Source: a phage. Taken from it: a DNA stretch of 64,000 nucleotides. Below, piece after piece: positions 17,722 to 27,003 of this stretch. The position numbers and the translations under genes were made by a program. The notes below the pieces were generated by a model that saw only the letters and a list, made by a program, of their open reading frames with translations, did no database searches and was not told where the DNA came from. Position 1 is the stretch's first letter. The number at the start of each line of letters is the position of its first letter. The stretch is from NCBI GenBank assembly GCA_012212665.1, contig GCA_012212665.1_4517.1, one strand, 5' to 3'.

Positions 17722-18207
17722 TTAAGCTTTACGAGGAGACACATAGCGAGTGATTTCAGATTCTTTAACAACTCGGAAGTCACCTAAGAATACGATATTG
17801 TATAACTTTTCACCATCTTCAACCCATTGGTCACTAATGAAGCCACACATAGTATCAGTTTTGTTTGGATAACCGTATTCATCGATGAAGTCAAATTCTT
17901 TATCAGTCTGGAATTCAACACCTTTACACAAGGCCCATTTGAACTGTGCATTAGGCTCTGTGGATTCAACTTTTTCTCTTGAAGCAAAAGCACCACTCAC
18001 AGGAGTTTCCAAGAACTTTGCACGAACATAAGCAAATTGGGTGTCCTGTGTCCCATGACTAGGAATAATACGAACTTTTACCTCAGAATCTTCATCTTTA
18101 ACGCCTTCTTTAAGTTGAATACTTACAACTTCGACCAATTTTCCTGCTGCTTTAGAACGAGATTTGTTAGATACGCGAACGATTTCACCAATAATACCAA
18201 GATTCAT
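17722..18207 (-). CDS. Hypothetical protein, tandem paralogue family member
   Basis: 161 aa; C-terminus GFISDQWVEDGEKLYNIVFLGDFRVV; N-terminal region also resembles the 17293..17712 product (KSRSKAAGKLVEV.S). Confidence 0.55.
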   Translation of the reverse strand: MNLGIIGEIVRVSNKSRSKAAGKLVEVVSIQLKEGVKDEDSEVKVRIIPSHGTQDTQFAYVRAKFLETPVSGAFASREKVESTEPNAQFKWALCKGVEFQTDKEFDFIDEYGYPNKTDTMCGFISDQWVEDGEKLYNIVFLGDFRVVKESEITRYVSPRKA

Positions 18208-18236
18208 AATTTTCTCTCTTTGTTTAAGTTGAATTC

Positions 18237-18266
18237 ATTATACTCCATCCGTCCTTGGATGTACAA
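18237..18266 (-). promoter_or_regulatory. Early promoter (variant of the TTATACTCCAACCATCCTTGGTTGTAAAC family)
   Basis: Minus strand TTGTAC-18 nt-TATAAT upstream of the 17722..18207 gene. Confidence 0.45.
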
Positions 18267-18268
18267 CA

Positions 18269-18763
18269 TTAATTAAGGATATTAACCACAGCACTACGTG
18301 GAACTACACTAAAATCACCTGCATGAACAACGTTCAGAAGTTCAACACCGTCTTCAATCCACTGGTCAGTTACCCATCCATTTACTGGACCTGCGAACGG
18401 GCGTCGAATTGAAACATATTTACACAACAAATCAGTAGGCTCAATAGGCTTAATCAGAGTACCGTACATACAAGCGATATCCATATCAATACAGATGTCT
18501 TTAACGGGTTCTACTTCTTCAATCAACAGTTCAAAGTCGGTGCTTGGAAGGGCGGTAGTAGAAATTGTACCATATGAATTTTTAATTTCTAAGAATAACC
18601 AAGGGCCTTCAGCTTGTTTGATGAAGTTAACAATAGTGAAACTATTGCCTTGAGTGGCACCTAAAATTTCACAAAACTTTTCGTAAGCTCGCACTGAAGC
18701 ACTGTACCAGTTGATTTGTTTTTCGTCTTTCAGGATGTAAGTAGCCGTAGTATTGATATTCAT
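18269..18763 (-). CDS. Hypothetical protein, divergent tandem paralogue family member
   Basis: 164 aa; C-terminus GWVTDQWIEDGVELLNVVHAGDFSVV. Confidence 0.5.
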   Translation of the reverse strand: MNINTTATYILKDEKQINWYSASVRAYEKFCEILGATQGNSFTIVNFIKQAEGPWLFLEIKNSYGTISTTALPSTDFELLIEEVEPVKDICIDMDIACMYGTLIKPIEPTDLLCKYVSIRRPFAGPVNGWVTDQWIEDGVELLNVVHAGDFSVVPRSAVVNILN

Positions 18764-18794
18764 AATGTTTTTCCTGTTTGGTTAAGATAGAAAG

Positions 18795-18824
18795 ATTATA
18801 CTCCAACCATCCTTGGTTGTAAAC
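18795..18824 (-). promoter_or_regulatory. Early promoter (conserved family block)
   Basis: Minus strand GTTTAC-18 nt-TATAAT; 30-bp block nearly identical to 60774..60803 and 61794..61822. Confidence 0.55.
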
Positions 18825-18829
18825 TGATT

Positions 18830-19507
18830 TTATCGCTGTTTTACACTTATCGGGTCAGGATTCTCAGGGACATCTTCAAGGCCAAGCGCATAACGCTGAG
18901 CATATTTTAACATCAAAATATCTTTAGCACAATCATGAACACTATCATGGGCAACGAATCCTTTTAGCGTACCCATCGGTAATGGACACATACTTAATCC
19001 TCGTGTCAACGAGTAAGCTTCGATTGCCGTACGAATATCGCGTTGAGCCCAGAATTTAACCGGTTCTAATTTATCAGTATCAATATCTGGTTCAAGAACA
19101 CCTTCATCACGATAGAGATCACGAATCAAATCGACCAATATCGGGAAGTCAAAGCTCATACCACGGCACCACATCTGTGATTTCCATTGGTCAACTTTAT
19201 TAGCTCGACAATAATCTAAAAAGATTTTAATGCCTTCAAGCGTAGTGACATCGTCTTCAGACGGGGCCAGGTTTTTACGTGCTTCTGCCGATTGTTCTTT
19301 CCACCATTTCATAGTGGATTTAGCGAAAACTCGCTTCCCTTTTTGAGAAGCTAAATTAAATTTAATTCGCTTACCTCGTTGAACAAGTTCTTCGAATGAT
19401 TCAACAACTTCAGGGTCTGAATTATATGCAATAACCGCAAGGTCAATAACAGCCGCTTTTGATGTATTGCCGAATGTTTCAAAATCTATAATAACATCAG
19501 TGCTCAT
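18830..19507 (-). CDS. dexA: Exonuclease A (DexA), DEDD-type 3'-5' exonuclease
   Basis: 225 aa; N-terminal D.E motif (VIIDFETFG); T4 synteny with dda. Confidence 0.8.
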   Translation of the reverse strand: MSTDVIIDFETFGNTSKAAVIDLAVIAYNSDPEVVESFEELVQRGKRIKFNLASQKGKRVFAKSTMKWWKEQSAEARKNLAPSEDDVTTLEGIKIFLDYCRANKVDQWKSQMWCRGMSFDFPILVDLIRDLYRDEGVLEPDIDTDKLEPVKFWAQRDIRTAIEAYSLTRGLSMCPLPMGTLKGFVAHDSVHDCAKDILMLKYAQRYALGLEDVPENPDPISVKQR

Positions 19508-19516
19508 AATTTTCTC

Positions 19517-20830
19517 TCAAATAAAATGGACGTCAAAACGACCACGAGTTGTGCCGACATACAATAACTGTTTAGCTAATTCTGAATCAGCATAATGGAT
19601 ACACGGTGTATAAACAAAGGCCGTGTCAACAGACATACCCTGGGCCTTATGGAAGGTTGATACTGGTAGTGCCTTTACCTTAGTGAACATACGTTTAGCA
19701 TCCCAGAATTCACTCCATGGAGCTTTACCACCTTTATTCCAGAATTTGTATGTTTCTGCAGTCTTAGCCAAAAACAAATTGAATTTATAAAGCTCTTCTT
19801 CAGAAGAAATAACCTTTATATCCTCGCGGACATATTCTTCGTCATCCCCATATGTTTCTACTGTAAGATTCCAGTATCGTATCATATATTCGCCTGAAAC
19901 ACCACGCGCTTTAACGAATGTAGTCGTTTCTACAGCATCTCGAATACGAACGAATTGCCCGTTATTGAAAAGCATTTCAGTCATATTTTTGCCATCTAGC
20001 TTATACGTCTTGGTAAACGGCTCTTGTAGAACAATGACTTCATCTTTAATAAATGGCTTTTCTGTTTCGAGAAGTTTTCGGCGAATAATTGAATTTAACT
20101 TGTCCACCGACTTATTTGTGAATGCCATCATTCGATTTTCGAAAAGGTCTTCAGGAGTTTTAACGACATTAAAATAGTTCATCATATACGATTTAAGGTC
20201 TGTATATCCATGAACACCATGCCCGTCAACTACTTTATCATAAATCCATTTGCCATTACGAATATCGGTCGCAACATCAATAATTGGTGCATTGCTACGT
20301 TTAACTTCTGTAAGGTCGCATTGCACGAAGTCTTTGTGCGTGAAGAAAGGACTTAGATACGCAGTGGATTCGCCGGGGTCGACCGGACGAATCTGACATC
20401 GGTCACCGATTCCAATTACTGTACACCATTTAGGGATACTAGCTAACATTATTTTAAACAGAGAACGGTCACACATTGACGCTTCATCAAATAACAGTAC
20501 ACGACACAAGGCTAAGTCGGGAACCTTTTTCTGTTCAAATAATACGTTTTCTTCGTATGTAGTTGGGTTGATTTTAAGAATGCTATGAATAGTCGATGCT
20601 TCTTGACCCGCAAGTTTGCTTAGAACCTTTTTAGCAGCATGTGTAGGGGCTGCTAAAATAATACCTGATTCTCCGGCGGAAATAAGAGCTTCAACGATGA
20701 ATCTAGTAAGAGTTGTTTTACCTGTACCAGCAGGCCCGTTAATAGTTACGTGATGTTTCTTTTCTTTAATAGCTTTCATAACAACGTTGAAGGCGTTTTT
20801 CTGGCCTTCGGTCAAATCATCAAATGTCAT
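19517..20830 (-). CDS. dda: Dda DNA helicase (SF1B)
   Basis: 437 aa; Walker A GPAGTGKTT and SF1 motifs; matches the T4 Dda N-terminus. Confidence 0.9.
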   Translation of the reverse strand: MTFDDLTEGQKNAFNVVMKAIKEKKHHVTINGPAGTGKTTLTRFIVEALISAGESGIILAAPTHAAKKVLSKLAGQEASTIHSILKINPTTYEENVLFEQKKVPDLALCRVLLFDEASMCDRSLFKIMLASIPKWCTVIGIGDRCQIRPVDPGESTAYLSPFFTHKDFVQCDLTEVKRSNAPIIDVATDIRNGKWIYDKVVDGHGVHGYTDLKSYMMNYFNVVKTPEDLFENRMMAFTNKSVDKLNSIIRRKLLETEKPFIKDEVIVLQEPFTKTYKLDGKNMTEMLFNNGQFVRIRDAVETTTFVKARGVSGEYMIRYWNLTVETYGDDEEYVREDIKVISSEEELYKFNLFLAKTAETYKFWNKGGKAPWSEFWDAKRMFTKVKALPVSTFHKAQGMSVDTAFVYTPCIHYADSELAKQLLYVGTTRGRFDVHFI

Positions 20831-21138
20831 CGTAAAGTCCCTGCAATTGGAATACTAACAATACGGCCAGTATCTAGAATTCGTTGATACAATCTTTGCG
20901 TCTCCGCATCTAGTTTAATGTGTTTCATTTCAAGCTTATTAAACCAGAACTTACGCGGAGTTTCGACCATTCTTAGAACTCCCATTTTTAAATCTGTTTT
21001 ATACTGTGTTTTCAAAGTATCGAAAACTTTATCTGCAATATCCTTTCTAAAAAATACTGCAGGACGATGTTCATCAAGTGGAACTGGGACAGTAAATCCT
21101 TCCATATCTCGATAAACTATTGCATATACATAAACCAT
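20827..21138 (-). CDS. Hypothetical protein (dda.1 position)
   Basis: ORF of 103 aa; ATGA-type overlap with the dda start. Confidence 0.5.
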   Translation of the reverse strand: MVYVYAIVYRDMEGFTVPVPLDEHRPAVFFRKDIADKVFDTLKTQYKTDLKMGVLRMVETPRKFWFNKLEMKHIKLDAETQRLYQRILDTGRIVSIPIAGTLR

Positions 21139-21140
21139 AA

Positions 21141-21887
21141 TTAACCTTTAATCAGTTGGAATAATGATGCGCTAAGTGGTAGGCCACGTTTCAATTTTAA
21201 TTTACCAATGAAACCAATCTTTTCAAAACGTTGCAAACCTTGGATAACTTTATCATATGTATCGAAAAGCGATTCAGCGTCAGTTAATTTAGTTTTAGTT
21301 TTCCAGTCAGAGCCTTTAAGAAGAACGTTGAGTTTAGTAAGTTCATGTCCTTCTGCTTGATGTGAGCCATTAATGCGTGCTTTCAAAGCAACAATTCTAA
21401 GTTTAGACTCGTTGGATAAAGGTTGATTTTTCATCATGTTCGCCATATGCTTAACACGATTTTCACGTTTTGCTCGGATTTTTAAAATAGTACCATAAAC
21501 CTTTTTAATTTGGGCCCATTTCTTCTCGTCGAGATTAAGTTTCTCTACTTTGCGGGCAGAAGGATTAGCGATACGTCTTGCAATGGCATCACGTTTCTCA
21601 ATAAGTTCTTCTAATGTTAAATCAGAACGAGCCGTGTTATATTTTTTCTTAACTGGGATAACATTACCTTTAATGTAGCCGATATCATTATTAAAACGTT
21701 CTAAGGATAATTTCTCACCTTCAACAGAGTTATTGAAAGATTCACCTGAGTAAGCGCAGACCTTTTGATCAAGAATGTTTTTAAGGTAATTAAAGTCTAA
21801 GTTAAAATCCTTAGAGCGCCTCTTCGCAGAAGCTCTGGTGTGGTCAAGACGACGATTGATTTTGTTAATTTTATTATTTGATACCAT
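21141..21887 (-). CDS. Hypothetical basic protein, possibly Srd-like (by position)
   Basis: 248 aa, Lys/Arg-rich; sits between dda and modA where T4 srd lies; no motif confirmed. Confidence 0.4.
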   Translation of the reverse strand: MVSNNKINKINRRLDHTRASAKRRSKDFNLDFNYLKNILDQKVCAYSGESFNNSVEGEKLSLERFNNDIGYIKGNVIPVKKKYNTARSDLTLEELIEKRDAIARRIANPSARKVEKLNLDEKKWAQIKKVYGTILKIRAKRENRVKHMANMMKNQPLSNESKLRIVALKARINGSHQAEGHELTKLNVLLKGSDWKTKTKLTDAESLFDTYDKVIQGLQRFEKIGFIGKLKLKRGLPLSASLFQLIKG

Positions 21888-21936
21888 AATATTTTCCTCT
21901 GTCTTACGGACGTTAGGTCATTTAGCTGATAAGTTT

Positions 21937-21965
21937 ATAATATCATGCCCTCAGGTAGTGTACAC
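21937..21965 (-). promoter_or_regulatory. Early promoter upstream of the 21141..21887 gene
   Basis: Minus strand GTGTAC-17 nt-TATTAT. Confidence 0.4.
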
Positions 21966-22039
21966 TCCTTTTTCATAAAATGCTTTAATTTTTTATGTGT
22001 TATAATGGTTCTGAGTTCCATCCGGTTATTCCAATCCAG

Positions 22040-22648
22040 TCAGTAACTGACAATAGTCAGATTCCAGATTGTATAATTTCCATCTTGAATAATAGAATCT
22101 ACACGCAGTGTAGTCCCTATAGGGAGCATAAATTCACATTCGTCAGATATAAGTCTAGCATTAGACCGTCTTGTCGCTTCAGGGAAAGCTCCATTGAACT
22201 CACAAGATGGCGCAGCCAGAATCATGTTAAGCATATGTTCACGGAAGTTGAAAGCAAACGGTGCATCTTTGATGCAGAACATATTAAATGTTCCATAAAA
22301 ATTATATGAAGCGAAGTTACGTGCTACACTGAACACCGGGCTGAAGCTCATTACTCTATCAAATTTAATAATACTACCAATGCCTTTATCATCGAGTGTG
22401 GTCATAGTTTTCTTAGAGATTCCACGATACATTGTCTCTGGAACTGAAGACGTCCAATTTCTACGAACAATTGCACTTAAATCTTGTTGAATGCTATCAG
22501 GCTTGTTTTCCATACATTGCCATAGTACACTTTGTTCAATGTCGCTGAATTGCTCATCGATTTTGTACTGAAGCATATCTTGATAATCTGGGCATTGAGC
22601 ACGACGAACCATTTCTTCAATTTCACACTCGTTATACGGCATAAACAT
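22040..22648 (-). CDS. modA: ADP-ribosyltransferase ModA-like
   Basis: 202 aa; R-S-E ADP-ribosyltransferase signature candidates (YRGIS, SFSP, ECEF); paralogue of the adjacent gene; T4 synteny srd-modA-modB. Confidence 0.65.
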   Translation of the reverse strand: MFMPYNECEIEEMVRRAQCPDYQDMLQYKIDEQFSDIEQSVLWQCMENKPDSIQQDLSAIVRRNWTSSVPETMYRGISKKTMTTLDDKGIGSIIKFDRVMSFSPVFSVARNFASYNFYGTFNMFCIKDAPFAFNFREHMLNMILAAPSCEFNGAFPEATRRSNARLISDECEFMLPIGTTLRVDSIIQDGNYTIWNLTIVSY

Positions 22649-22676
22649 TTAGGTTTCTCCTGTGGTTGATAAAGGT

Positions 22677-22705
22677 ATAGTATCATCATCGGAAGAGTTT
22701 GTACA
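22677..22705 (-). promoter_or_regulatory. Early promoter upstream of modA
   Basis: Minus strand TGTACA-17 nt-TACTAT. Confidence 0.4.
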
Positions 22706-23287
22706 CTAAAAATTCAACATTTTCAAATGAATGATTTTGTATAACCGAGATAAAGGGTCATATTCTAAGTCTTCAATTTCTACAATCTCAAATCTAGAGA
22801 TACTTGAGACCATGTATTCTTGTTCAGATTCAATCATATCTAGGACGTCAACACGTTTTTCTTCCATAACATGCTTAGGGTTCTTTCCGGCGAGTACAAT
22901 GTTAACCATGTTTTGGTAGTAATCGAAAATGAACGGAGCATTCCTGAGACTAAGAATAGTGTACGTTTGATATTCCCAACTCCCAGAGAACTGTCTGGCC
23001 GTACCAAAGTCTGTTGTAAACGATGTTACTCGTCCGGGAGACCAATGACATCCAACAGAAAGAAGGGAAAGACGTTCTACTTCTTCTGGAGTTACACCAC
23101 GGTAGAGTTCTACTGGTACTGTAGAAGTCATATGCTTACGAACAAGATGGTCTAATTCATAGTGGAAATCTGGGTCTTCCTTAGAATCAGTGCAAGCCCA
23201 GAGAATGTTTTGTTCTTGTTTAGTGAATTTATCATCAATTAGTGCTGCGAGATATTCGCGTTCTTGAAGTTCAGATTGACATGTCAT
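22706..23287 (-). CDS. modB: ADP-ribosyltransferase ModB-like
   Basis: 193 aa; shares architecture with ModA-like (NILWAC, LYRGV, SFTTDFG, E-rich C-terminal half). Confidence 0.65.
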   Translation of the reverse strand: MTCQSELQEREYLAALIDDKFTKQEQNILWACTDSKEDPDFHYELDHLVRKHMTSTVPVELYRGVTPEEVERLSLLSVGCHWSPGRVTSFTTDFGTARQFSGSWEYQTYTILSLRNAPFIFDYYQNMVNIVLAGKNPKHVMEEKRVDVLDMIESEQEYMVSSISRFEIVEIEDLEYDPLSRLYKIIHLKMLNF

Positions 23288-23342
23288 GATAGACCTCCAT
23301 TTAAAGATAAGCCTATCATAACACGAGAGGAGGGAATGTAAA

Positions 23343-23507
23343 CTACTTTTTAAGCTTTCCTACTAAAGGTCCATCAGGGCCAGGTTGTTCTAACATGAAT
23401 AACGATGCTTTAAAAAGCAATGTCAACCCTTTCACCATTCGATACCATGTCTCAAAGTCTTTTTCCTTGATTTCTAGTAAGAATTTCTCTTTAAATTTCT
23501 CTTTCAT
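23343..23507 (-). CDS. Small hypothetical protein (54 aa)
   Basis: Unannotated ORF whose ATG overlaps the TGA of the upstream gene (ATGA coupling). Confidence 0.3.
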   Translation of the reverse strand: MKEKFKEKFLLEIKEKDFETWYRMVKGLTLLFKASLFMLEQPGPDGPLVGKLKK

Positions 23508-23692
23508 TTCCAAGGACTCCATGGTGGAGGGTCGTCATAATAAGAGGCAAGGTCTTTCAGGGCTTCAACAGGTAAACTAAAGCCGTGTCGTTGTATAATA
23601 CTATCTAGTTCATCAACAAGTTCACTACGATGCACTTTAGGAGCCTTGACTTCAGGCTCATCAAACATACTCATAAGGTCCATATTATTCAC
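23504..23692 (-). CDS. Hypothetical acidic protein
   Basis: ORF of 62 aa. Confidence 0.45.
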   Translation of the reverse strand: MNNMDLMSMFDEPEVKAPKVHRSELVDELDSIIQRHGFSLPVEALKDLASYYDDPPPWSPWK

Positions 23693-24149
23693 CTAAATAA
23701 AAACTAGCAGGTTCAGAGAATGTTTCTAGTGCTACACCTTTTGTCTTAAAAAATTTCCAAATAGCTCGTTGCAAATGGATTAAATCTGCTAATGATGTAA
23801 TAAAGTATTTTTTGGCAAAATACGTATGGTCTCGCTTTTCAAACAGGTCTAAACGCTTTTCAGGATTCACATAAACAGCATTTTCTGTAGATTCATAACC
23901 TAAGTCCTTTATGCCTTCTTCAAGACTAAACGGAGAATTTTTAGAATGAGTAATAGCTCCAACTCGCTCTACACGAATTTTGTAACCTTTAGGAATCTGC
24001 AATTTGCAGAATTCTTCTACGATATATTGCGGATTATTTAGACTTTTGTTAATGAGAATAGCTATTTCTAGTGGAGTCTTATCTTCTACTGGTATATGTT
24101 TAAATGACTTGGCTTCAAGCAAATACATTTTAAATAACATAGCATCCAT
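23685..24149 (-). CDS. Hypothetical protein
   Basis: ORF of 154 aa. Confidence 0.5.
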   Translation of the reverse strand: MDAMLFKMYLLEAKSFKHIPVEDKTPLEIAILINKSLNNPQYIVEEFCKLQIPKGYKIRVERVGAITHSKNSPFSLEEGIKDLGYESTENAVYVNPEKRLDLFEKRDHTYFAKKYFITSLADLIHLQRAIWKFFKTKGVALETFSEPASFYLGE

Positions 24150-24355
24150 TATAATTTCCTCGATGGTTCACCCATATAAAGTTTTACAATACGTTCGCCT
24201 TCATCTTCGACGAGCTTTTCTTCATGTTTCTGGAATTCTTTAGCCATATTCTCTTCAAGAACATCTAACCAATCTTCTGGACCGACACCATCGTCCCAGC
24301 TTTTAAACCATTTAACTATCTTGTTCATTCGCAGCTCCCTGAGCTTGAACCACAA
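24149..24355 (-). CDS. Hypothetical protein
   Basis: ORF of 68 aa; start overlaps the stop of the upstream ORF. Confidence 0.45.
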   Translation of the reverse strand: MWFKLRELRMNKIVKWFKSWDDGVGPEDWLDVLEENMAKEFQKHEEKLVEDEGERIVKLYMGEPSRKL

Positions 24356-24513
24356 TCAGAATAACTTGACCCGGAATCACCAGGCCAAGACGATACGTAT
24401 GAATGATTATAACTTGAAGAGCTTGAAGCAGACTTAGGACGAATAACTTCTTCCATCATGCCGTCACCAATGTATTCCCAACTTTTTTCGTGTGTATCAG
24501 GAATAGGCATCAT
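24325..24513 (-). CDS. Hypothetical Ser-rich protein
   Basis: ORF with Ser/Gly/Cys-rich C-terminus (SSSSSYNHSYVSSWPGDSGSSYSDCGSSSGSCE); start placed at an internal Met to avoid overlap. Confidence 0.3.
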   Translation of the reverse strand: MMPIPDTHEKSWEYIGDGMMEEVIRPKSASSSSSYNHSYVSSWPGDSGSSYSDCGSSSGSCE

Positions 24514-24526
24514 ACCTTCGCCTGGT

Positions 24527-24754
24527 TTAACAGCAAATAACTTCTTCAGTATCGTAAGCATTAATTGTTCCTCGAACAAAACGAACACCACCATCATCCC
24601 AACGGATTTCGGCATTAAATTTGACGTCTTCACCATCCATCATGAATGAGTGTACGACTACGTCATCATAATATCCAAGTCCGTATTTCAACGAAACTTC
24701 TTGTGCAATCAAAGCGCCTAATGTGTTATTAGGTTTAATCCAACGATTTAACAT
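24527..24754 (-). CDS. Hypothetical protein
   Basis: ORF of 75 aa with GAGGAG Shine-Dalgarno, promoter upstream. Confidence 0.45.
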   Translation of the reverse strand: MLNRWIKPNNTLGALIAQEVSLKYGLGYYDDVVVHSFMMDGEDVKFNAEIRWDDGGVRFVRGTINAYDTEEVICC

Positions 24755-24782
24755 AATGTTCTCCTCTTGAGTAAGTAAGAAT

Positions 24783-24812
24783 ATCTTAACATAGTTTTTA
24801 GTGGATGTAAAC
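24783..24812 (-). promoter_or_regulatory. Early promoter
   Basis: Minus strand GTTTACATCC-...-TAAGAT; same GTTTACATCC start as the promoters at 30411..30440 and 53380..53408. Confidence 0.45.
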
Positions 24813-24820
24813 TCTAGAAA

Positions 24821-24846
24821 CGAAAAAAGGAATCCCGAAGGATTCC
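24821..24846 (-). terminator. Intrinsic terminator downstream of soc
   Basis: Minus-strand hairpin GGAAUCC-UUCG-GGAUUCC followed by UUUUUUCG. Confidence 0.65.
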
Positions 24847-24855
24847 TTAAATTAT

Positions 24856-25092
24856 TTAACCACTTACTGGTGTAGGGGTAAACATTGCAGCGTTCTTAGT
24901 ACGCCAATCTGCTGCGTCAGTCACCACAGTAGTGTAAGCAGCTTTTTCAGACGGGAAAGTCTGATAATGAGAATCTGCAATCCGATGTTCGTTTGAATAA
25001 ATCTCAAACGGAACAGAAACTTCCATACCTTTAACTTCTTTGCCTTCACCAGCAGGATGCGTAAAGGTTTTGATGTTTACATAACCACCCAT
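24856..25092 (-). CDS. soc: Small outer capsid protein Soc
   Basis: 78 aa; matches T4 Soc (GYVNIKTF, HYQTFPSEKAAY.TV). Confidence 0.85.
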   Translation of the reverse strand: MGGYVNIKTFTHPAGEGKEVKGMEVSVPFEIYSNEHRIADSHYQTFPSEKAAYTTVVTDAADWRTKNAAMFTPTPVSG

Positions 25093-25123
25093 AATTAACT
25101 CCTTTGTTGTTTAATTACAGGTG

Positions 25124-25131
25124 TATTTATA
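25124..25131 (-). promoter_or_regulatory. Late promoter (TATAAATA) upstream of soc
   Basis: Exact TATAAATA on the minus strand about 30 nt upstream of the soc start; soc is a late capsid gene. Confidence 0.6.
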
Positions 25132-25137
25132 ACTTAA

Positions 25138-25659
25138 TTAGTAACCATTATCCTGACGTTCAAAGTTGTGTTGGTTTTTCAAGTAGTAAAGTTTAAAGAT
25201 TTCTTCAGCAGAAAGACCAAGACCTTGGAACATATTTAGAACGAAATGCAGAATATCAATCATTTCAAATTTAATTTCAAGCTGGTCTTCAGGAGACAGT
25301 TCATCGATACGACGATTTCGATATTCAGCATGTTGTGCTTTCCATGGCTTCCATACACTGCTAGCGGCTTTTTCACCATTGCTCATACCACCAAGTGAAG
25401 TCAGCAGTTCACGGAATTCATCATCAATATAATCTTTCTGATTACGCAGCCAATCAACAACATCACCAGCAGTAGCCAATTCATCAGGATGTTTGTTATG
25501 TTCAGGCTTGTCATTTGCCAGACGAACCTGTAAAGATTTCTGCATATCAAGCATTACCTGCAGTGGGTCTTTATCTTCGTGAATCAGAGCATTAAAATAA
25601 GCTTCTTCTGCTTTATCAACACCAGAAATAAGTTGTGAACATTCATTAAAGTGCGCCAT
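25138..25659 (-). CDS. 56: dCTP pyrophosphatase gp56 (MazG-like dCTPase/dUTPase)
   Basis: Near-identical blocks to T4 gp56 (MAHFNEC, DPLQVMLDMQ, ETAGDVV.W.R.QKD.IDDEFRELLTSLG, SPEDQLEIKFE..DI.HFVLNMF.GLG); start at MAHF. Confidence 0.9.
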   Translation of the reverse strand: MAHFNECSQLISGVDKAEEAYFNALIHEDKDPLQVMLDMQKSLQVRLANDKPEHNKHPDELATAGDVVDWLRNQKDYIDDEFRELLTSLGGMSNGEKAASSVWKPWKAQHAEYRNRRIDELSPEDQLEIKFEMIDILHFVLNMFQGLGLSAEEIFKLYYLKNQHNFERQDNGY

Positions 25660-25747
25660 TATTTTTCCTTTCAATTCAGTATAAGAGAGTTAATTCTAAT
25701 ATTAATTTTATAAAGCGTAATAAATAATAGGTAACTAAGGAGATATT

Positions 25748-25945
25748 ATGTTTAAACTTCCATCGTTAATCAACGCTATTAAAGGCAATAAAAAGAAAAC
25801 TGCTATCGCCGCAATAGTTGTAGGTGGCATTATTTCATGGAACTTCGGGATTGCACCATTGTTAGTTGCCCATGGTATTATAGTTCCTTCTGTTCCATTG
25901 GATACTGTAGTTGATTTGGCCTTTGCTATTATAGGGCTTGTTTAA
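25748..25945 (+). CDS. Small membrane protein (plus strand)
   Basis: 65 aa, two predicted TM segments, strong AAGGAG Shine-Dalgarno 7 nt upstream of the ATG; convergent with gene 61. Confidence 0.45.
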   Translation: MFKLPSLINAIKGNKKKTAIAAIVVGGIISWNFGIAPLLVAHGIIVPSVPLDTVVDLAFAIIGLV

Positions 25946-26964
25946 ATCTTCGAATAACGAGATAATCTCATTTTAGCATGCAACCCACTTGAAATATTCT
26001 GTTTCATATATTCTAAAATTTCTTGTGGTGTTGCATTTTCTTTCATTACCATATCATTCACATCCTTTGAACTCCATGGAGCTCGGTCCCAGAACATAAC
26101 ACGTTCGCCTGCATCTACTAATCGCTTCATACGAGCTATAGTATCCGGATGCCTAGGTTCATTATCCATCACCCATACCCGACGTTCTTTAAATGGTACC
26201 ACATCTAAATCTATTGAACCGCCTGTAATAGCGATTGCATTGGGTATGAATAAACTATCAATAGGGCCTTCCATTACCCAGACGTCTCCTTCCTTAACAC
26301 GTTCAACACCATAAATTTTTGTTGCAGACTCAAACGCTTTAATAGTTATATATTTCTGAGGAGCATCTTTGCGAAGTGCACGTCCTTGAAATGACTCAGC
26401 CTTCCCGTCTTTATTAAAAATAGGAATCACTAAACGCGGTTCTGGAATCTCTTTCTTATACGTGCCTGGTTGAATCTTGTTGACCAATTTAGGCCATTCT
26501 AATGTGAACCATAATCTGTTCCACGATTCTTTAGGAATACACCGAGACTTAACATATTTCACAATAGGATGCTCTTCAGGCAACTTGTCCAGACGAGAAC
26601 AAGACGGCAAAGAATTTATAGTCTTTTTCTCCGGTTCTGGTTTATGTTCAGGAACCTTTTCAATCTTTGGTTCCATTCTAGCTTTTTCTTTACGAACTTC
26701 CATTAGATATTCACGATAAAGCTCTTCGTCATACTCTTTTAAGTATCCGGAAATCGTATTATGATATTGACAGTTATAGCAATGCACATTACCTGGAGTA
26801 CCGCCATAATACCATCCGCGGGCTTTCATTGCATCTGTCTGAGAGTCGCCACAAACTGGACAACGAAACGTTAATTTAAATGTGCTTGAATTATTGATTT
26901 GTCTAAAACGAGGGAGGTGAGAAAACGCACGATAAGCAAATTCATTATCTATCCATTCAGCCAT
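25942..26964 (-). CDS. 61: DNA primase gp61
   Basis: 340 aa; N-terminal zinc ribbon CPVCGDS...CYNC and TOPRIM-like core; T4 synteny 61-41. Confidence 0.9.
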   Translation of the reverse strand: MAEWIDNEFAYRAFSHLPRFRQINNSSTFKLTFRCPVCGDSQTDAMKARGWYYGGTPGNVHCYNCQYHNTISGYLKEYDEELYREYLMEVRKEKARMEPKIEKVPEHKPEPEKKTINSLPSCSRLDKLPEEHPIVKYVKSRCIPKESWNRLWFTLEWPKLVNKIQPGTYKKEIPEPRLVIPIFNKDGKAESFQGRALRKDAPQKYITIKAFESATKIYGVERVKEGDVWVMEGPIDSLFIPNAIAITGGSIDLDVVPFKERRVWVMDNEPRHPDTIARMKRLVDAGERVMFWDRAPWSSKDVNDMVMKENATPQEILEYMKQNISSGLHAKMRLSRYSKI

Positions 26965-27003
26965 AGTATTCTCCAGAGGCCTTAAATTAATAAGGCCATC
27001 ATA

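Noticed and set aside
25681-25747. Late promoter for the plus-strand 65-aa membrane protein gene
   Set aside because: Only imperfect matches (TATAAAGC, ATAAATAA) are present, not the strict TATAAATA consensus; the promoter type for this gene remains undetermined.
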